Program-made: the position numbers and the translations under genes
Part shown: piece by piece, positions 1 to 7,649 of the stretch
Numbering within the stretch: position 1 is the stretch's first letter
Layout of the letters: each line of letters begins with the position of its first letter
Assembly: GCF_003710935.1 (NCBI RefSeq)
Contig: NZ_RHHS01000047.1
Span: 65,648 to 97,647, forward strand
Direction: 5' to 3'
DNA: 32,000 nt
Source of the DNA: Brevibacillus gelatini
GTDB taxonomy: Bacteria; Bacillota; Bacilli; Brevibacillales; Brevibacillaceae
The notes under the pieces: generated by a model
What the model was told of the DNA's origin: nothing
What the model saw: the letters and a program-made list of their open reading frames with translations, nothing else
Database searches by the model: none

Positions 1-303
1 GCCGCGGTTTTGAAATTGCGGGTGGACCGCCAATCCCAGGATGCTTTGGTGCCCGCCAGTTGCCGGATTTTTTTCACTATGACGAAACAAATCATCTGTA
101 ATATAGGCAGTTTCAATGACTGGCCCATTTACGAACCCGACAATTTCCCCGTTCTCTTCCGCGACAAAAAAACTGTCCGGGATCATCTGAATCCGCTTAG
201 TAAAAGCCGCTTCCGTTGCAGCCTCTTCTTCCGAAAAACAAAGCTGTTCGATGGCTACAAGCTGCGGCAAATCTTCCATCTTGACGTTTCTGATTTTGAA
301 CAT
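1..303 (-). CDS. GNAT-family N-acetyltransferase, N-terminal part (truncated by window edge)
   Basis: Reverse strand from ATG at 303 translates as MFKIRNVKMEDLPQLVAIEQLCFSEEEAATEAAFTKRIQMIPDSFFVAEENGEIVGFVNGPVIETAYITDDLFRHSEKNPATGGHQSILGLAVHPQFQNRG. The 'FVAEENGEIVGFVNG' and 'LGLAVHPQFQNRG' segments are typical GNAT core motifs. Confidence 0.85.
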   Translation of the reverse strand, partial: MFKIRNVKMEDLPQLVAIEQLCFSEEEAATEAAFTKRIQMIPDSFFVAEENGEIVGFVNGPVIETAYITDDLFRHSEKNPATGGHQSILGLAVHPQFQNRG

Positions 304-564
304 AGTTACCACCCTTTGATTGTTGCATGAAGGCACTATACTGCAAAGCTTGAAAGCATTTGGGCAGGATAGCAGGCATGAAAAAGAGCGAATACAGCAC
401 TTCAAATCATTGTACCATCTTTTGGTTTGGACAGCGCGTGTAAACTCATGACAGAGTGAAGCTTGCTTGAAAAATTAGCAGATAGTGGTAACATGAAAAA
501 GCATGCTGTTTTTTGGAAATACAGCTTTCAGTAAATGTAAATCGTCTACACAGAGAGAAAGGGG

Positions 565-780
565 ATGGGCATTGTGCTGGATTTTGGCGCTGTTTCTGTG
601 GAATGGGGTACGATGTTGGTCCAATTAATCGTTTTTCTTCCGGCGCTGCTGTTTTACGCGTTCGTCATTTATGCGATCGTGAAAGTGCTTCGTTTCATGA
701 AAGAAAAAATACAGCTTGACCGCGAGCGGAATCAAAAGCTCGCCCAGTTGCTGGAGAGCAGGAGACATGAACAAAACTAA
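565..780 (+). CDS. Small membrane protein, unknown function
   Basis: ORF with a hydrophobic segment (LVQLIVFLPALLFYAFVIYAIVKVL) then a charged tail; AGAGAGAAAGGGG upstream as RBS. The downstream ATG at 613 is an alternative start. Confidence 0.55.
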   Translation: MGIVLDFGAVSVEWGTMLVQLIVFLPALLFYAFVIYAIVKVLRFMKEKIQLDRERNQKLAQLLESRRHEQN

Positions 781-801
781 ACCGCTGGTGCAGTTCGTCA
801 A

Positions 802-850
802 AACAGGATGCGCAGGCAAGCTCTCATGCAGCTTCGCCGAGCATCCTGTT
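802..850. terminator. Hairpin between convergent ORFs, possible bidirectional terminator
   Basis: AACAGGATGC (802-811) pairs perfectly with GCATCCTGTT (841-850), with an inner AAGCT/AGCTT pair. The U-tract is weak. Confidence 0.45.
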
Positions 851-863
851 TGTGCAAAATACC

Positions 864-1097
864 TCAGAAAGCAAACAGGCCGCTAAACCATGGCAATGCC
901 ACATAGACGAGCGCACAGACCATGAGAAACAGCATCGTTTTCAAAAGCGTGCCTGCCAGAAAGCTGTCGGTGGACAGACTGCGCTCGATCAGCCTTTCGA
1001 CCGCGAGAAAAAGCGTGATGGCCAAAAAAGCGAGCAGGGCGAAGCCGATGAACGGTCCCACGCGGGTGACACCTCCTGCAATTTGATTGTCTGGCAA
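864..1097 (-). CDS. Small membrane protein, unknown function
   Basis: 77 aa ORF with two hydrophobic segments; follows another small membrane ORF on the same strand. Confidence 0.5.
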   Translation of the reverse strand: MPDNQIAGGVTRVGPFIGFALLAFLAITLFLAVERLIERSLSTDSFLAGTLLKTMLFLMVCALVYVALPWFSGLFAF

Positions 1098-1107
1098 GCT
1101 TTTATGG

Positions 1108-1290
1108 CTAGTGTCCTACTCGATGTGCTTCATCCTCGATTGGTAAATATATCCAAAAGTATAGCGAAAGGAACAAACCGACTGTCAGGAAAACAAGCCA
1201 TCTGAACCGGTAAGACGGTGATGCGACAATCACAACCCAGCTAACGAAAAGCAGCAAAAGGAACCCATTGTTTATGATAGTGTCGAGCAT
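1108..1290 (-). CDS. Small membrane protein, unknown function
   Basis: Internal start MLDTIINNGFLLLLFVSWVVIVASPSYRFRWLVFLTVG... preceded on the minus strand by GGAGGGAGG, a strong RBS. Confidence 0.6.
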   Translation of the reverse strand: MLDTIINNGFLLLLFVSWVVIVASPSYRFRWLVFLTVGLFLSLYFWIYLPIEDEAHRVGH

Positions 1291-1381
1291 AGGCGAAGCC
1301 TCCCTCCCTATGAACGATACGTTTCCTGGATATTTTTGGTTACAGGAGAGGGAGAGCGATGTGCGTCGACAAGCCACCGTG

Positions 1382-1843
1382 TCAGCGAAAATCTTTCCAC
1401 GTAAAATCAATGCTCAAAAGGCCGATGTACTTTTCTTTCATCGTGACCTTTCCTTTCGTAGCCAACTTTGGCTTGCGAAAGCAGACGAGGTCTTCGTAAT
1501 AGCCGAACATCCGGCAAATTTCCGGGCGAAACGAATGAATGCCGCACTGGTCTTTGTTCATGTCATAAAAAATACAGGTTCCGCTAAAACGGGGCTGCTG
1601 CTCCAGGTTTTCGCGCAGCTTTTTCGGAATGGCTTTCAGCTTCTTATGTATGTTCGTACGCTCCTTTTCCGTGATCGGAACCGGACCGCAGCACAAGCCT
1701 TTGCAACCTTGGCATGGCAATGTATTCACAAAAGCACAACCTTTCAATCTGTTCTTTGCTTTTTTTGTAAAGAATAGTATGAAAGGTTTGTTTTGGTTTG
1801 TAAACAAAAATTTAAATATATCAAAAATATATAATTTTGTCAA
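1382..1843 (-). CDS. YkgJ-like cysteine cluster protein (start uncertain)
   Basis: CQGCKGLCCG ... DQCGIHSFRPEICRMFG cysteine pattern characteristic of YkgJ/zinc- or Fe-S-cluster domain proteins. The true start is probably internal to the ORF. Confidence 0.7.
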   Translation of the reverse strand: MTKLYIFDIFKFLFTNQNKPFILFFTKKAKNRLKGCAFVNTLPCQGCKGLCCGPVPITEKERTNIHKKLKAIPKKLRENLEQQPRFSGTCIFYDMNKDQCGIHSFRPEICRMFGYYEDLVCFRKPKLATKGKVTMKEKYIGLLSIDFTWKDFR

Positions 1844-1888
1844 TATTCATTTGATGTAAAACTGCCGTTTGCACAAGAAAAATAAGTC

Positions 1889-1925
1889 AAACCCGTCTTT
1901 GCAGCAAGCGCAACAACGGGTTTTC
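1889..1925. terminator. Hairpin downstream of the O-methyltransferase ORF
   Basis: AAACCCGT (1889-1896) / ACGGGTTT (1916-1923), T-rich flanks on both sides. Confidence 0.45.
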
Positions 1926-1949
1926 TTTACAGGATGCCTGTACGGTTCG

Positions 1950-2627
1950 TTAACGTGGGTCTTCTGTTACCAGCGCGATGACAAAGCCGTCGTAGCCTTT
2001 GCTTCCGACCGTTTGAATGGCGGTCGCGCTGACTGTAGGCTCGTTTGCCACCAGATTCGTGAATTGCCGGACGCCGACAATGTTTGGATCACTGCTTGTT
2101 TCGTCGATCACGGCTCCATTGCGCACCACGTTATCGGTGATGATGACGCTGCCTTTTCGCGAAAACTTCAGCGCCCAGCGGAAGTAGGCGGGATTGTTTT
2201 TCTTGTCGGCATCGATGAAGATGAGGTCAAACGGCCCGCAATTTTCATTGGCGAGCGCAGACAGGCTGTCCAAAGCGTCTCCAAGCCTGATCTCGACCAC
2301 TGATTCAAGTCCGGCACGAGCGATATTGGCTTTGGCCACCTCGGCATGCTTTGGCTCCGCTTCGAGCGTGATGAGCCGACCGTCGTGGGGCAAGGCGCGG
2401 GCAAGCCAAATCGTGCTATAGCCGCCAAGTGTCCCGATCTCCAAAATCGTCCGCGCTCCCTGAATGCGTGCCAGCAGATGGAGAAGTTTCCCCTGATTGG
2501 GCGCGACATCGATTGGCGGGAGGCCAGCAGCGGCGTTGCTCTCCAGCGCCGCGTCGAGGATGGGATCTGCTGAAATCAATTGCCGGGAAAAGTAGTCGTC
2601 TACAGCTATCCATTGATCGCGATTCAT
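1950..2627 (-). CDS. SAM-dependent O-methyltransferase (caffeoyl-CoA/catechol O-methyltransferase-like family)
   Basis: Translation contains ARTILEIGTLGGYSTIWLARALP...GRLITLEAEPKHAEVAKANIARAG...FDLIFIDADKKNNPAYF, hallmark motifs of family 3 O-methyltransferases. Confidence 0.9.
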   Translation of the reverse strand: MNRDQWIAVDDYFSRQLISADPILDAALESNAAAGLPPIDVAPNQGKLLHLLARIQGARTILEIGTLGGYSTIWLARALPHDGRLITLEAEPKHAEVAKANIARAGLESVVEIRLGDALDSLSALANENCGPFDLIFIDADKKNNPAYFRWALKFSRKGSVIITDNVVRNGAVIDETSSDPNIVGVRQFTNLVANEPTVSATAIQTVGSKGYDGFVIALVTEDPR

Positions 2628-2684
2628 CGTTCCACTCCTTTATCATGGGAAAATGAGCATGCTACAAATTCAACAAGCTTTTGC

Positions 2685-3113
2685 TCAACGCACAAAATTC
2701 AGAATGCCGACGAGAATGAACAAGGCCAGGAACGCGATGATGGCGTACAGCAAATAACCTGGCTGTTTGTTAGCCGTTTGTTCCCCGGCCACCTGACCGG
2801 GCGTGAGCGGAAGTGCGGAATCTCCGGCATGCTTCGGACCGCTCGATTCATCGGATTGGATCAATGGCTGCTTGTCAGTCGACAAAATCAGACCGACGAT
2901 CAACAGAAAGACGCTTGCTGCCAGAAAAAAGGTGACAAAGCCGTTGGTGAAAAGGGAGGGAAGTTCCGGCAGCGTCGGAAATTGCCCGGTAATAGAGGCG
3001 GCCTGCATTTGCCCGATCCAGATGTAGTAAGCGAGAATTCTTTCGAGTGTATAAAGGAATCCGCTGGCTAGAAAAAAGATCGCGCTGAGTGTAAAGGCAA
3101 GCTTTGCGGTCAT
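2685..3113 (-). CDS. Membrane protein, unknown function
   Basis: 142 aa with three hydrophobic segments; plausible codon usage. Confidence 0.6.
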   Translation of the reverse strand: MTAKLAFTLSAIFFLASGFLYTLERILAYYIWIGQMQAASITGQFPTLPELPSLFTNGFVTFFLAASVFLLIVGLILSTDKQPLIQSDESSGPKHAGDSALPLTPGQVAGEQTANKQPGYLLYAIIAFLALFILVGILNFVR

Positions 3114-3144
3114 CGGATTTCACCTGCTTTCTGTCCGGATCGAA

Positions 3145-3450
3145 TTAATGGAGATAAGACATGAAGATGGCGGCGGAAAAGCATGTGGCTGCACTGAGAT
3201 AGAGCAGAGCGGTAGCCCGCCTGGATAGTGGTTGGTTGTGTTTGCTTGGGAACCAGCCGGACTGCTGCAGCCGATTGCGGTAAAAAATGAAGTAAAGCAG
3301 AAACAGGGCTGCCTGCGCCAAAATAATGTTTTCTCCAGGGGATGACTGCCGAAAAAACAAAGTGACCACCGGACTTGTCACTGCAAGGAAAATCGCCATC
3401 CAAATCAGGATGCGAATGATTTCCAAAATGAAGCGAAACAAAAGGAACAT
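3145..3450 (-). CDS. Small membrane protein, unknown function
   Basis: MFLLFRFILEIIRILIWMAIFLAVTSPVVTLFFRQ... with GAGGTG RBS seven nt before the ATG. Confidence 0.6.
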   Translation of the reverse strand: MFLLFRFILEIIRILIWMAIFLAVTSPVVTLFFRQSSPGENIILAQAALFLLYFIFYRNRLQQSGWFPSKHNQPLSRRATALLYLSAATCFSAAIFMSYLH

Positions 3451-3604
3451 CGTAATCACCTCGTTTATTGTAACATAATCCCATTGCTTGGGAAATAATG
3501 GTGCATGAATAAAGAGAGGAAACAATTGCGTCTGTTACCATTATTTTCGCATGGTATTATCGTCCAATCCCGGAGATAATAGAAATGTAATCCAAGCTAA
3601 CTAG

Positions 3605-3666
3605 TATAATCCATCTTGGGGATGCGTTCGACTGAATTTTTGCAGACAGGTCGACGCTTTTTTTTG
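3605..3666 (+). ncRNA. Candidate tiny transcription unit A (-10 plus intrinsic terminator)
   Basis: TATAAT at 3605-3610; hairpin GCGTTCGAC (3624-3632) / GTCGACGC (3650-3657), one bulge, followed by at least eight Ts. No good -35. Confidence 0.35.
3624..3666 (+). terminator. Intrinsic terminator
   Basis: GCGTTCGAC...GTCGACGC + TTTTTTTT. Confidence 0.65.
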
Positions 3667-3707
3667 TTCCAGACATAGGTACTATTACCTAAATGTGATC
3701 GTTGTTA

Positions 3708-3803
3708 CCGGGTCGAACATCCTATATGATGAAATCATTCACGTATAACATATGCGTACTACCCCGTACGACCCAGCCCGAAGTTGCGGCTGGGATTTTT
3801 TTT
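3708..3803 (+). ncRNA. Candidate tiny transcription unit B (promoter plus intrinsic terminator)
   Basis: TTGTTA - 17 nt - TATGAT promoter-like sequence ending near 3730, then terminator CCCAGCC (3772-3778) / GGCTGGG (3788-3794) + ATTTTTTTT. Confidence 0.45.
3771..3803 (+). terminator. Intrinsic terminator
   Basis: CCCAGCC CGAAGTTGC GGCTGGG ATTTTTTTT. Confidence 0.85.
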
Positions 3804-3834
3804 GTAAAGGGTCATCCAATGATCTCCTATCGCG

Positions 3835-3927
3835 TTTTCAGCGCTTATGGTATATTTTATACTAGGACTCACAATGTTCTTGGGGTCTGCGGTGGCTCAA
3901 AAAGGCAGAGGAGTCACCGCTTTTTTT
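3835..3927 (+). ncRNA. Candidate tiny transcription unit C (promoter plus intrinsic terminator)
   Basis: TTTTCA (3835-3840) - 17 nt - TATACT (3858-3863), then GCGGTGGCTC (3889-3898) / GAGTCACCGC (3911-3920) + TTTTTTT. Confidence 0.45.
3889..3927 (+). terminator. Intrinsic terminator
   Basis: GCGGTGGCTC/GAGTCACCGC (one G-U pair) + TTTTTTT. Confidence 0.85.
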
Positions 3928-4066
3928 ATGGAATGGAAAAGGATCAGCAATACCAGCGGTTCGCTCGTTCGCTGGCAAATACCTGCCATGGAAGGATCGC
4001 GCATTCATACACGCTTCATTTCCGGTCATCCTAAAGAAAGGGTAGATTGGTCTGGAGGTGTTTTGC

Positions 4067-4513
4067 ATGCGAGCGATCCTTGCTATTTTGATGCTGGCTT
4101 TGGCGATTACAGGCTGCACAGGCAATAACAGCGCGCAAACCAAGCAGAAAAACGACGCCGAACCATTGTGCACACCGGCACCTGTCCGCTATACCGAATG
4201 GGAAGAGCAGGCAAAGGCGATTGCTGGCAGCGTGAATGGCGTCGACGAAGCAGCAGCCGTGCAAATTGACAAAGACTTGAACCTTGCCATCAAGGTGAGC
4301 AATTTTAACCGCTTCCGGCTGGAGTCGATTGAAAAAGAAGTCGCAGGAAAGCTGAAGGAGGCTTTCCCGGATTCGAATATCCACGTCACTTCCGACAAGA
4401 GGCTGTTTTCCGACCTGCAAGCCATGAGCAGTGCTCCGTGGCCAACCGATGTCAAGGAAGCGTGCAAGAAGAAAAAAGAAAGCAAAGAACTGGAAAAGAA
4501 AATGAGAGGGTAA
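4067..4513 (+). CDS. YhcN/YlaJ-family sporulation lipoprotein
   Basis: TCTGGAGGTG RBS before ATG 4067. MRAILAILMLALAITGCTGNN lipobox (ITGC) followed by ...VNGVDEAAAVQIDKDLNLAIKVSNFNRFRLESIEKEVAGKLKEAFPDSNIHVTSDKRLFSDL, the typical YhcN/YlaJ domain. Confidence 0.85.
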   Translation: MRAILAILMLALAITGCTGNNSAQTKQKNDAEPLCTPAPVRYTEWEEQAKAIAGSVNGVDEAAAVQIDKDLNLAIKVSNFNRFRLESIEKEVAGKLKEAFPDSNIHVTSDKRLFSDLQAMSSAPWPTDVKEACKKKKESKELEKKMRG

Positions 4514-4525
4514 CAGCGCTTATGG

Positions 4526-4559
4526 CCTCGGTTTACCGGAAAGGTGACCGAGGTTTTTT
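4526..4559 (+). terminator. Intrinsic terminator after the YhcN-like gene
   Basis: CCTCGGT (4526-4532) / ACCGAGG (4547-4553) + TTTTTT. Confidence 0.9.
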
Positions 4560-4570
4560 ACGGCGCAAAA

Positions 4571-4595
4571 GAAAAACTCCCGGGAAAAGGGAGTT
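4571..4595 (-). terminator. Intrinsic terminator for the minus-strand gene at 4604-4861
   Basis: Minus strand reads AACTCCC TTTTCCC GGGAGTT TTTC. Confidence 0.7.
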
Positions 4596-4603
4596 GGATT
4601 CGT

Positions 4604-4861
4604 TTAATAGCGTTCGTCATCATCATGTTCCCGATCACGTTCATGATCTCGGTCACGACCACGATCCCGATGAAAGTCGACGTTGCGCAACTCTTCTTTT
4701 GCTTTTTCAACCAGCGCTTTATAATCCCTTACCACTTCGGTCAGGGCAGAAACGGATTCTTTGTAATCCGGCTCGTTGCAAATCCCATCAATGGCTCGAT
4801 GGAGGTGGTACATTTTATCTTCGGTTTTGCGGATAAATTCTACCCAATCCATTCCGTTCAT
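4604..4861 (-). CDS. Small protein with repetitive His/Arg/Asp/Glu-rich C-terminus, unknown function
   Basis: MNGMDWVEFIRKTEDKMYHLHRAIDGICNEPDYKESVSALTEVVRDYKALVEKAEKELRNVDFHRDRGRDRDHERDREHDDDERY; own terminator; GGAAGGAGG-like RBS at 4867-4875 on the minus strand. Confidence 0.8.
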   Translation of the reverse strand: MNGMDWVEFIRKTEDKMYHLHRAIDGICNEPDYKESVSALTEVVRDYKALVEKAKEELRNVDFHRDRGRDRDHERDREHDDDERY

Positions 4862-5112
4862 AAAAATACCTCCTTTCCTTGCCTTAGCCTTTACCCGATG
4901 AGAGAGAAGTATGCAGCAGGAAGAATCATTTTTTTGACAGTTTTTCAGACCATGTTTATCTCTTTACTATGGAAATAAACTTGCATCGTGCGTAATATAA
5001 GAGGATGGGACAATTAGCAGCGGAAATATCCGTTTACGGTTTTCGCACAACCAGCACAACCAGAGAAAACTGTCCGTGGACTGTTTGCGAAAAGCCAATT
5101 GAGGTGAAGAAT

Positions 5113-6087
5113 GTGGATCTTTTAGCAAAAGTAAACAAGTCATTGGAAAAAATAATGCCTTTGCTCACCCCAAGCAGTGTGGCGATTGGCGTATTGGCAG
5201 GGACTCATCTGCAACCATATGCATTTTTGTCGCCGTGGGTGTTTGCCTTTATGACCTTCGCCGGGAGCCTGGGAGCGGGCTTCAAGGAATTTGCCAAAGT
5301 GATGACGCGGCCGCTGCCCCTTGTCGTCAATCTGCTGATTTTACATGCCCTGATGCCGTTCATCGCCTGGGGAGTGGCCAATTTGCTCTACCCGGACGAT
5401 ATGCATGTCGTTACGGGCTTTTTGCTGGCCGCCCTGATCCCGACCGGAATTTCCAGCTTTCTCTGGTCGTCGATTTACATGGGCAATATTGCGCTGACCC
5501 TCTCGATTATTTTGCTGGATACGATGATCTCGCCGCTTGTCGTTCCGTTTGGCATGTACGCTTTGCTCGGGGCCAAGGTAGAGATGGATGCGTGGGACAT
5601 GATGCAAGGGCTGTTCTACATGATTGTGCTGCCGTCGCTTGTCGGGATGCTGCTGCACCATTTTTCCAAAGGAAGAGTCAAACAGACATTGGCTCCCAAG
5701 CTCGCTCCGTTTTCCAAGCTGGGGATGGGTGTAGTCGTTGCGATTAACAGCTCGATGGTCGCGAACTATTTTCACGCCTTCGATGTCAAGCTCCTGGGAA
5801 TGGCGCTGGTCGTGCTTTTTCTCGCCATTTTGGGGTATTTGCTTGGCTGGTGGATCTCCAGACTATTTGGCTGGGAGCGCGATGTGATCGTGACCTTGAC
5901 CTTTAACAGCGGGATGCGCAATATCAGTGCGGGAGCGGTCATGGCGATCACCTATTTTCCGGCGACAGTCGCGTTGCCGGTCGTGCTGGGAATGCTGTTT
6001 CAGCAGACGCTCGCATCGAGCTTTGGCAAGTTTTTGGACATCGTGGAAAAAACACCGAAAAAAATCGTGCAGGAAGCCGCGCATTAG
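5113..6087 (+). CDS. Bile acid:sodium symporter (SBF) family transporter
   Basis: GAGGTG RBS at 5101-5106 then GTG at 5113. Multi-TM translation with LSIILLDTMISPLVVPFGMYALL, FNSGMRNISAGAVMAITYFPATVALPVVLGMLFQQTLAS typical of the family. The listed upstream start at 5005 lacks support. Confidence 0.85.
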   Translation: MDLLAKVNKSLEKIMPLLTPSSVAIGVLAGTHLQPYAFLSPWVFAFMTFAGSLGAGFKEFAKVMTRPLPLVVNLLILHALMPFIAWGVANLLYPDDMHVVTGFLLAALIPTGISSFLWSSIYMGNIALTLSIILLDTMISPLVVPFGMYALLGAKVEMDAWDMMQGLFYMIVLPSLVGMLLHHFSKGRVKQTLAPKLAPFSKLGMGVVVAINSSMVANYFHAFDVKLLGMALVVLFLAILGYLLGWWISRLFGWERDVIVTLTFNSGMRNISAGAVMAITYFPATVALPVVLGMLFQQTLASSFGKFLDIVEKTPKKIVQEAAH

Positions 6088-6205
6088 ATTGGCAAGCGGG
6101 GCGATCCTGCTTTTTTACCGAGCTAAGCGAATAACCGAATAAGCCAGAACATGCTTGCCCCACAGCGCGGTCGTTATTCCTTAAAGCCCTCGATTGAGGA
6201 TTTTA

Positions 6206-6254
6206 TTGCTTGTTCGCATGATGTTCGTATATAATTTACACAAACATACGTTCG
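6206..6254 (+). promoter_or_regulatory. Promoter overlapped by a LexA/DinR (SOS)-like box
   Basis: TTGCTT (6206-6211) - 18 nt - TATAAT (6230-6235), then CAAACATACGTTCG (6241-6254), one substitution from the symmetric Bacillus SOS motif CGAACNNNNGTTCG. Confidence 0.65.
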
Positions 6255-6266
6255 AGGGTGAGGCAC

Positions 6267-6557
6267 GTGAGGATCGGAACTAGCTCAAAACGGCAAGCTT
6301 CCCGGCTGCGCACAATTCCGCCGCTGGTCACGAAGCAGGAGCGCGAGTCGTTTTTGTATTTGCTCCGGGATTCGGGCAGGGAGGATTATGCAGTGACCGT
6401 CAGCTGGTGGGTCGCGATGGACGGCGAGTGCGGGAACACACAGAGCATGTGGGGTGTGGTCAAGTGGATCGATCCGCAATCGCGCAAAGTTCAGTTGGTG
6501 AATGAAAAGAGAAGCGAATGGATTGAGCTGGAAAAGATCGTGAATGTTCGCGGCTGA
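6267..6557 (+). CDS. YolD-like family protein
   Basis: RRLRTIPPL-like N-terminus and C-terminal 'GVVKWIDPQSRKVQLVNEKRSEWIELEKIVNV', resembling the YolD domain. GTG start at 6267 (or 6258) after GAGGGTGAGG. Confidence 0.65.
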   Translation: MRIGTSSKRQASRLRTIPPLVTKQERESFLYLLRDSGREDYAVTVSWWVAMDGECGNTQSMWGVVKWIDPQSRKVQLVNEKRSEWIELEKIVNVRG

Positions 6558-6583
6558 GTTTGGCGGCCGCAAAAACAAAGCGG

Positions 6584-6609
6584 GGAGGGCGAGTATGCCC
6601 TCCTTTTTT
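6584..6609 (+). terminator. Intrinsic terminator after the YolD-like gene
   Basis: GGAGGGC GAGTAT GCCCTCC TTTTTT. Confidence 0.9.
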
Positions 6610-6745
6610 GATAGGGAAGGAAAAAAGAGCTCACGTCACATAAACTGACACAAAAGATGCGAAAATAGCCAAAATAAATTTGACAACCGGACATTTTATG
6701 TTAGTATATATTACATAGCATGCATTCTCTCCACTTCCTAACTTC

Positions 6746-6770
6746 GACCCAGAAATGGGTCCTTTTTTTT
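6746..6770 (+). terminator. Intrinsic terminator not associated with any ORF
   Basis: GACCC AGAAAT GGGTC CTTTTTTTT. Confidence 0.75.
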
Positions 6771-6784
6771 GCCCGATACCATGC

Positions 6785-7030
6785 CTATTGCGGATAAGGC
6801 TTGCCCTCACCCTTGAACAGCTTGCGCACCATCTGGTACAGACGGCCCGACATGTTCGGGAACACGAACGAATACTGATCGGCTCCCTCTTTCAGCAAAG
6901 CGACAGGGGCTTCGATCGTGTAAGGAATTTTCATCAAGTCGAGCATCTTTTTGTACTCATCGACCATGGATTGATCGACTGTATAGTAAAACGATTTGGA
7001 TGGGTTCATTTGTGCACGCTCCTTTTCCAT
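6785..7030 (-). CDS. Small conserved-looking hypothetical protein
   Basis: 81 aa, MEKERAQMNPSKSFYYTVDQSMVDEYKKMLDLMKIPYTIEAPVALLKEGADQYSFVFPNMSGRLYQMVRKLFKGEGKPYPQ; coherent globular composition. Confidence 0.65.
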   Translation of the reverse strand: MEKERAQMNPSKSFYYTVDQSMVDEYKKMLDLMKIPYTIEAPVALLKEGADQYSFVFPNMSGRLYQMVRKLFKGEGKPYPQ

Positions 7031-7165
7031 ATTGTAGCATAGGGCATTATCAGATTGAACAAGACATAATGTTTATTATGTAAACTTAATAATCGTCTGA
7101 AAAAAACAAAAGCACTCTGCTGCCCGGCAAACAGAGTGTTTTCGTACATAAAAGAGACGGAGCGC

Positions 7166-7372
7166 CTAGCTGCTGAAAAAACTCATGCTGGAGTGCTTCC
7201 GCTTGTAGTGGGACCTGCCGTAATGGGAGTGCCCATGTCCGTGACGATACCCGTGGTCTGAACTGTATCTTTTGCGATATTTGAGGTCGCTGCTGCTGTA
7301 TTTCCGGTATTTGCGGGAAGAAGTCGAGTGATTACCCAGTAAGTTTTTCCATAGCTTTTTTAACATCTCCAT
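7166..7372 (-). CDS. Small basic Ser/Tyr/His/Lys-rich protein, spore-coat-like composition
   Basis: MEMLKKLWKNLLGNHSTSSRKYRKYSSSDLKYRKRYSSDHGYRHGHGHSHYGRSHYKRKHSSMSFFSS; GGAG upstream. Downstream minus-strand hairpin ACACTCTG...CAGAGTGC + TTTTGTTTTTTT. Confidence 0.65.
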   Translation of the reverse strand: MEMLKKLWKNLLGNHSTSSRKYRKYSSSDLKYRKRYSSDHGYRHGHGHSHYGRSHYKRKHSSMSFFSS

Positions 7373-7456
7373 CACTCCAAGTCGTCATGTAGGGTCGGTT
7401 TATACTTTGAGTATACGAATATGCGGGACAATTGTTTCAGCTTCTTTCCGTTTTCC

Positions 7457-7528
7457 GGCAGATGGGGATCAGGCAAGACGACGCTGCTGAATTGGCTGAG
7501 CGGACTGGAGCGGCCGACTGCCGGAAAA
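7457..7528 (+). pseudogene. Remnant of an ABC transporter ATP-binding protein (Walker A region only)
   Basis: GRWGSGKTTLLNWLSGLERPTAGK is a canonical ABC Walker A segment, but the flanking translated sequence (to 7702) has no Q-loop, signature or Walker B motif. Confidence 0.55.
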
Positions 7529-7649
7529 TGTGGAATTCAGCCTGCGTCTGTCCGGTGTATCTTGAGAGAGCAGGGCTTGGCACGGAGGCAAAAGACTGGC
7601 AAAATGGAGGAAGAATCGATACCAGAACTGAGAAAAGCAGGAGGATTCC

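Noticed and set aside
3702-4034. 110-aa and 93-aa plus-strand ORFs (3702-4034, 3847-4128)
   Set aside because: They run through one or two strong intrinsic terminators, have odd composition and no clear RBS; the region is better read as non-coding.
5005-5112. Upstream 36-codon extension of the SBF transporter ORF
   Set aside because: The GAGGTG RBS and GTG at 5113 fit better, and the extension is not transporter-like.
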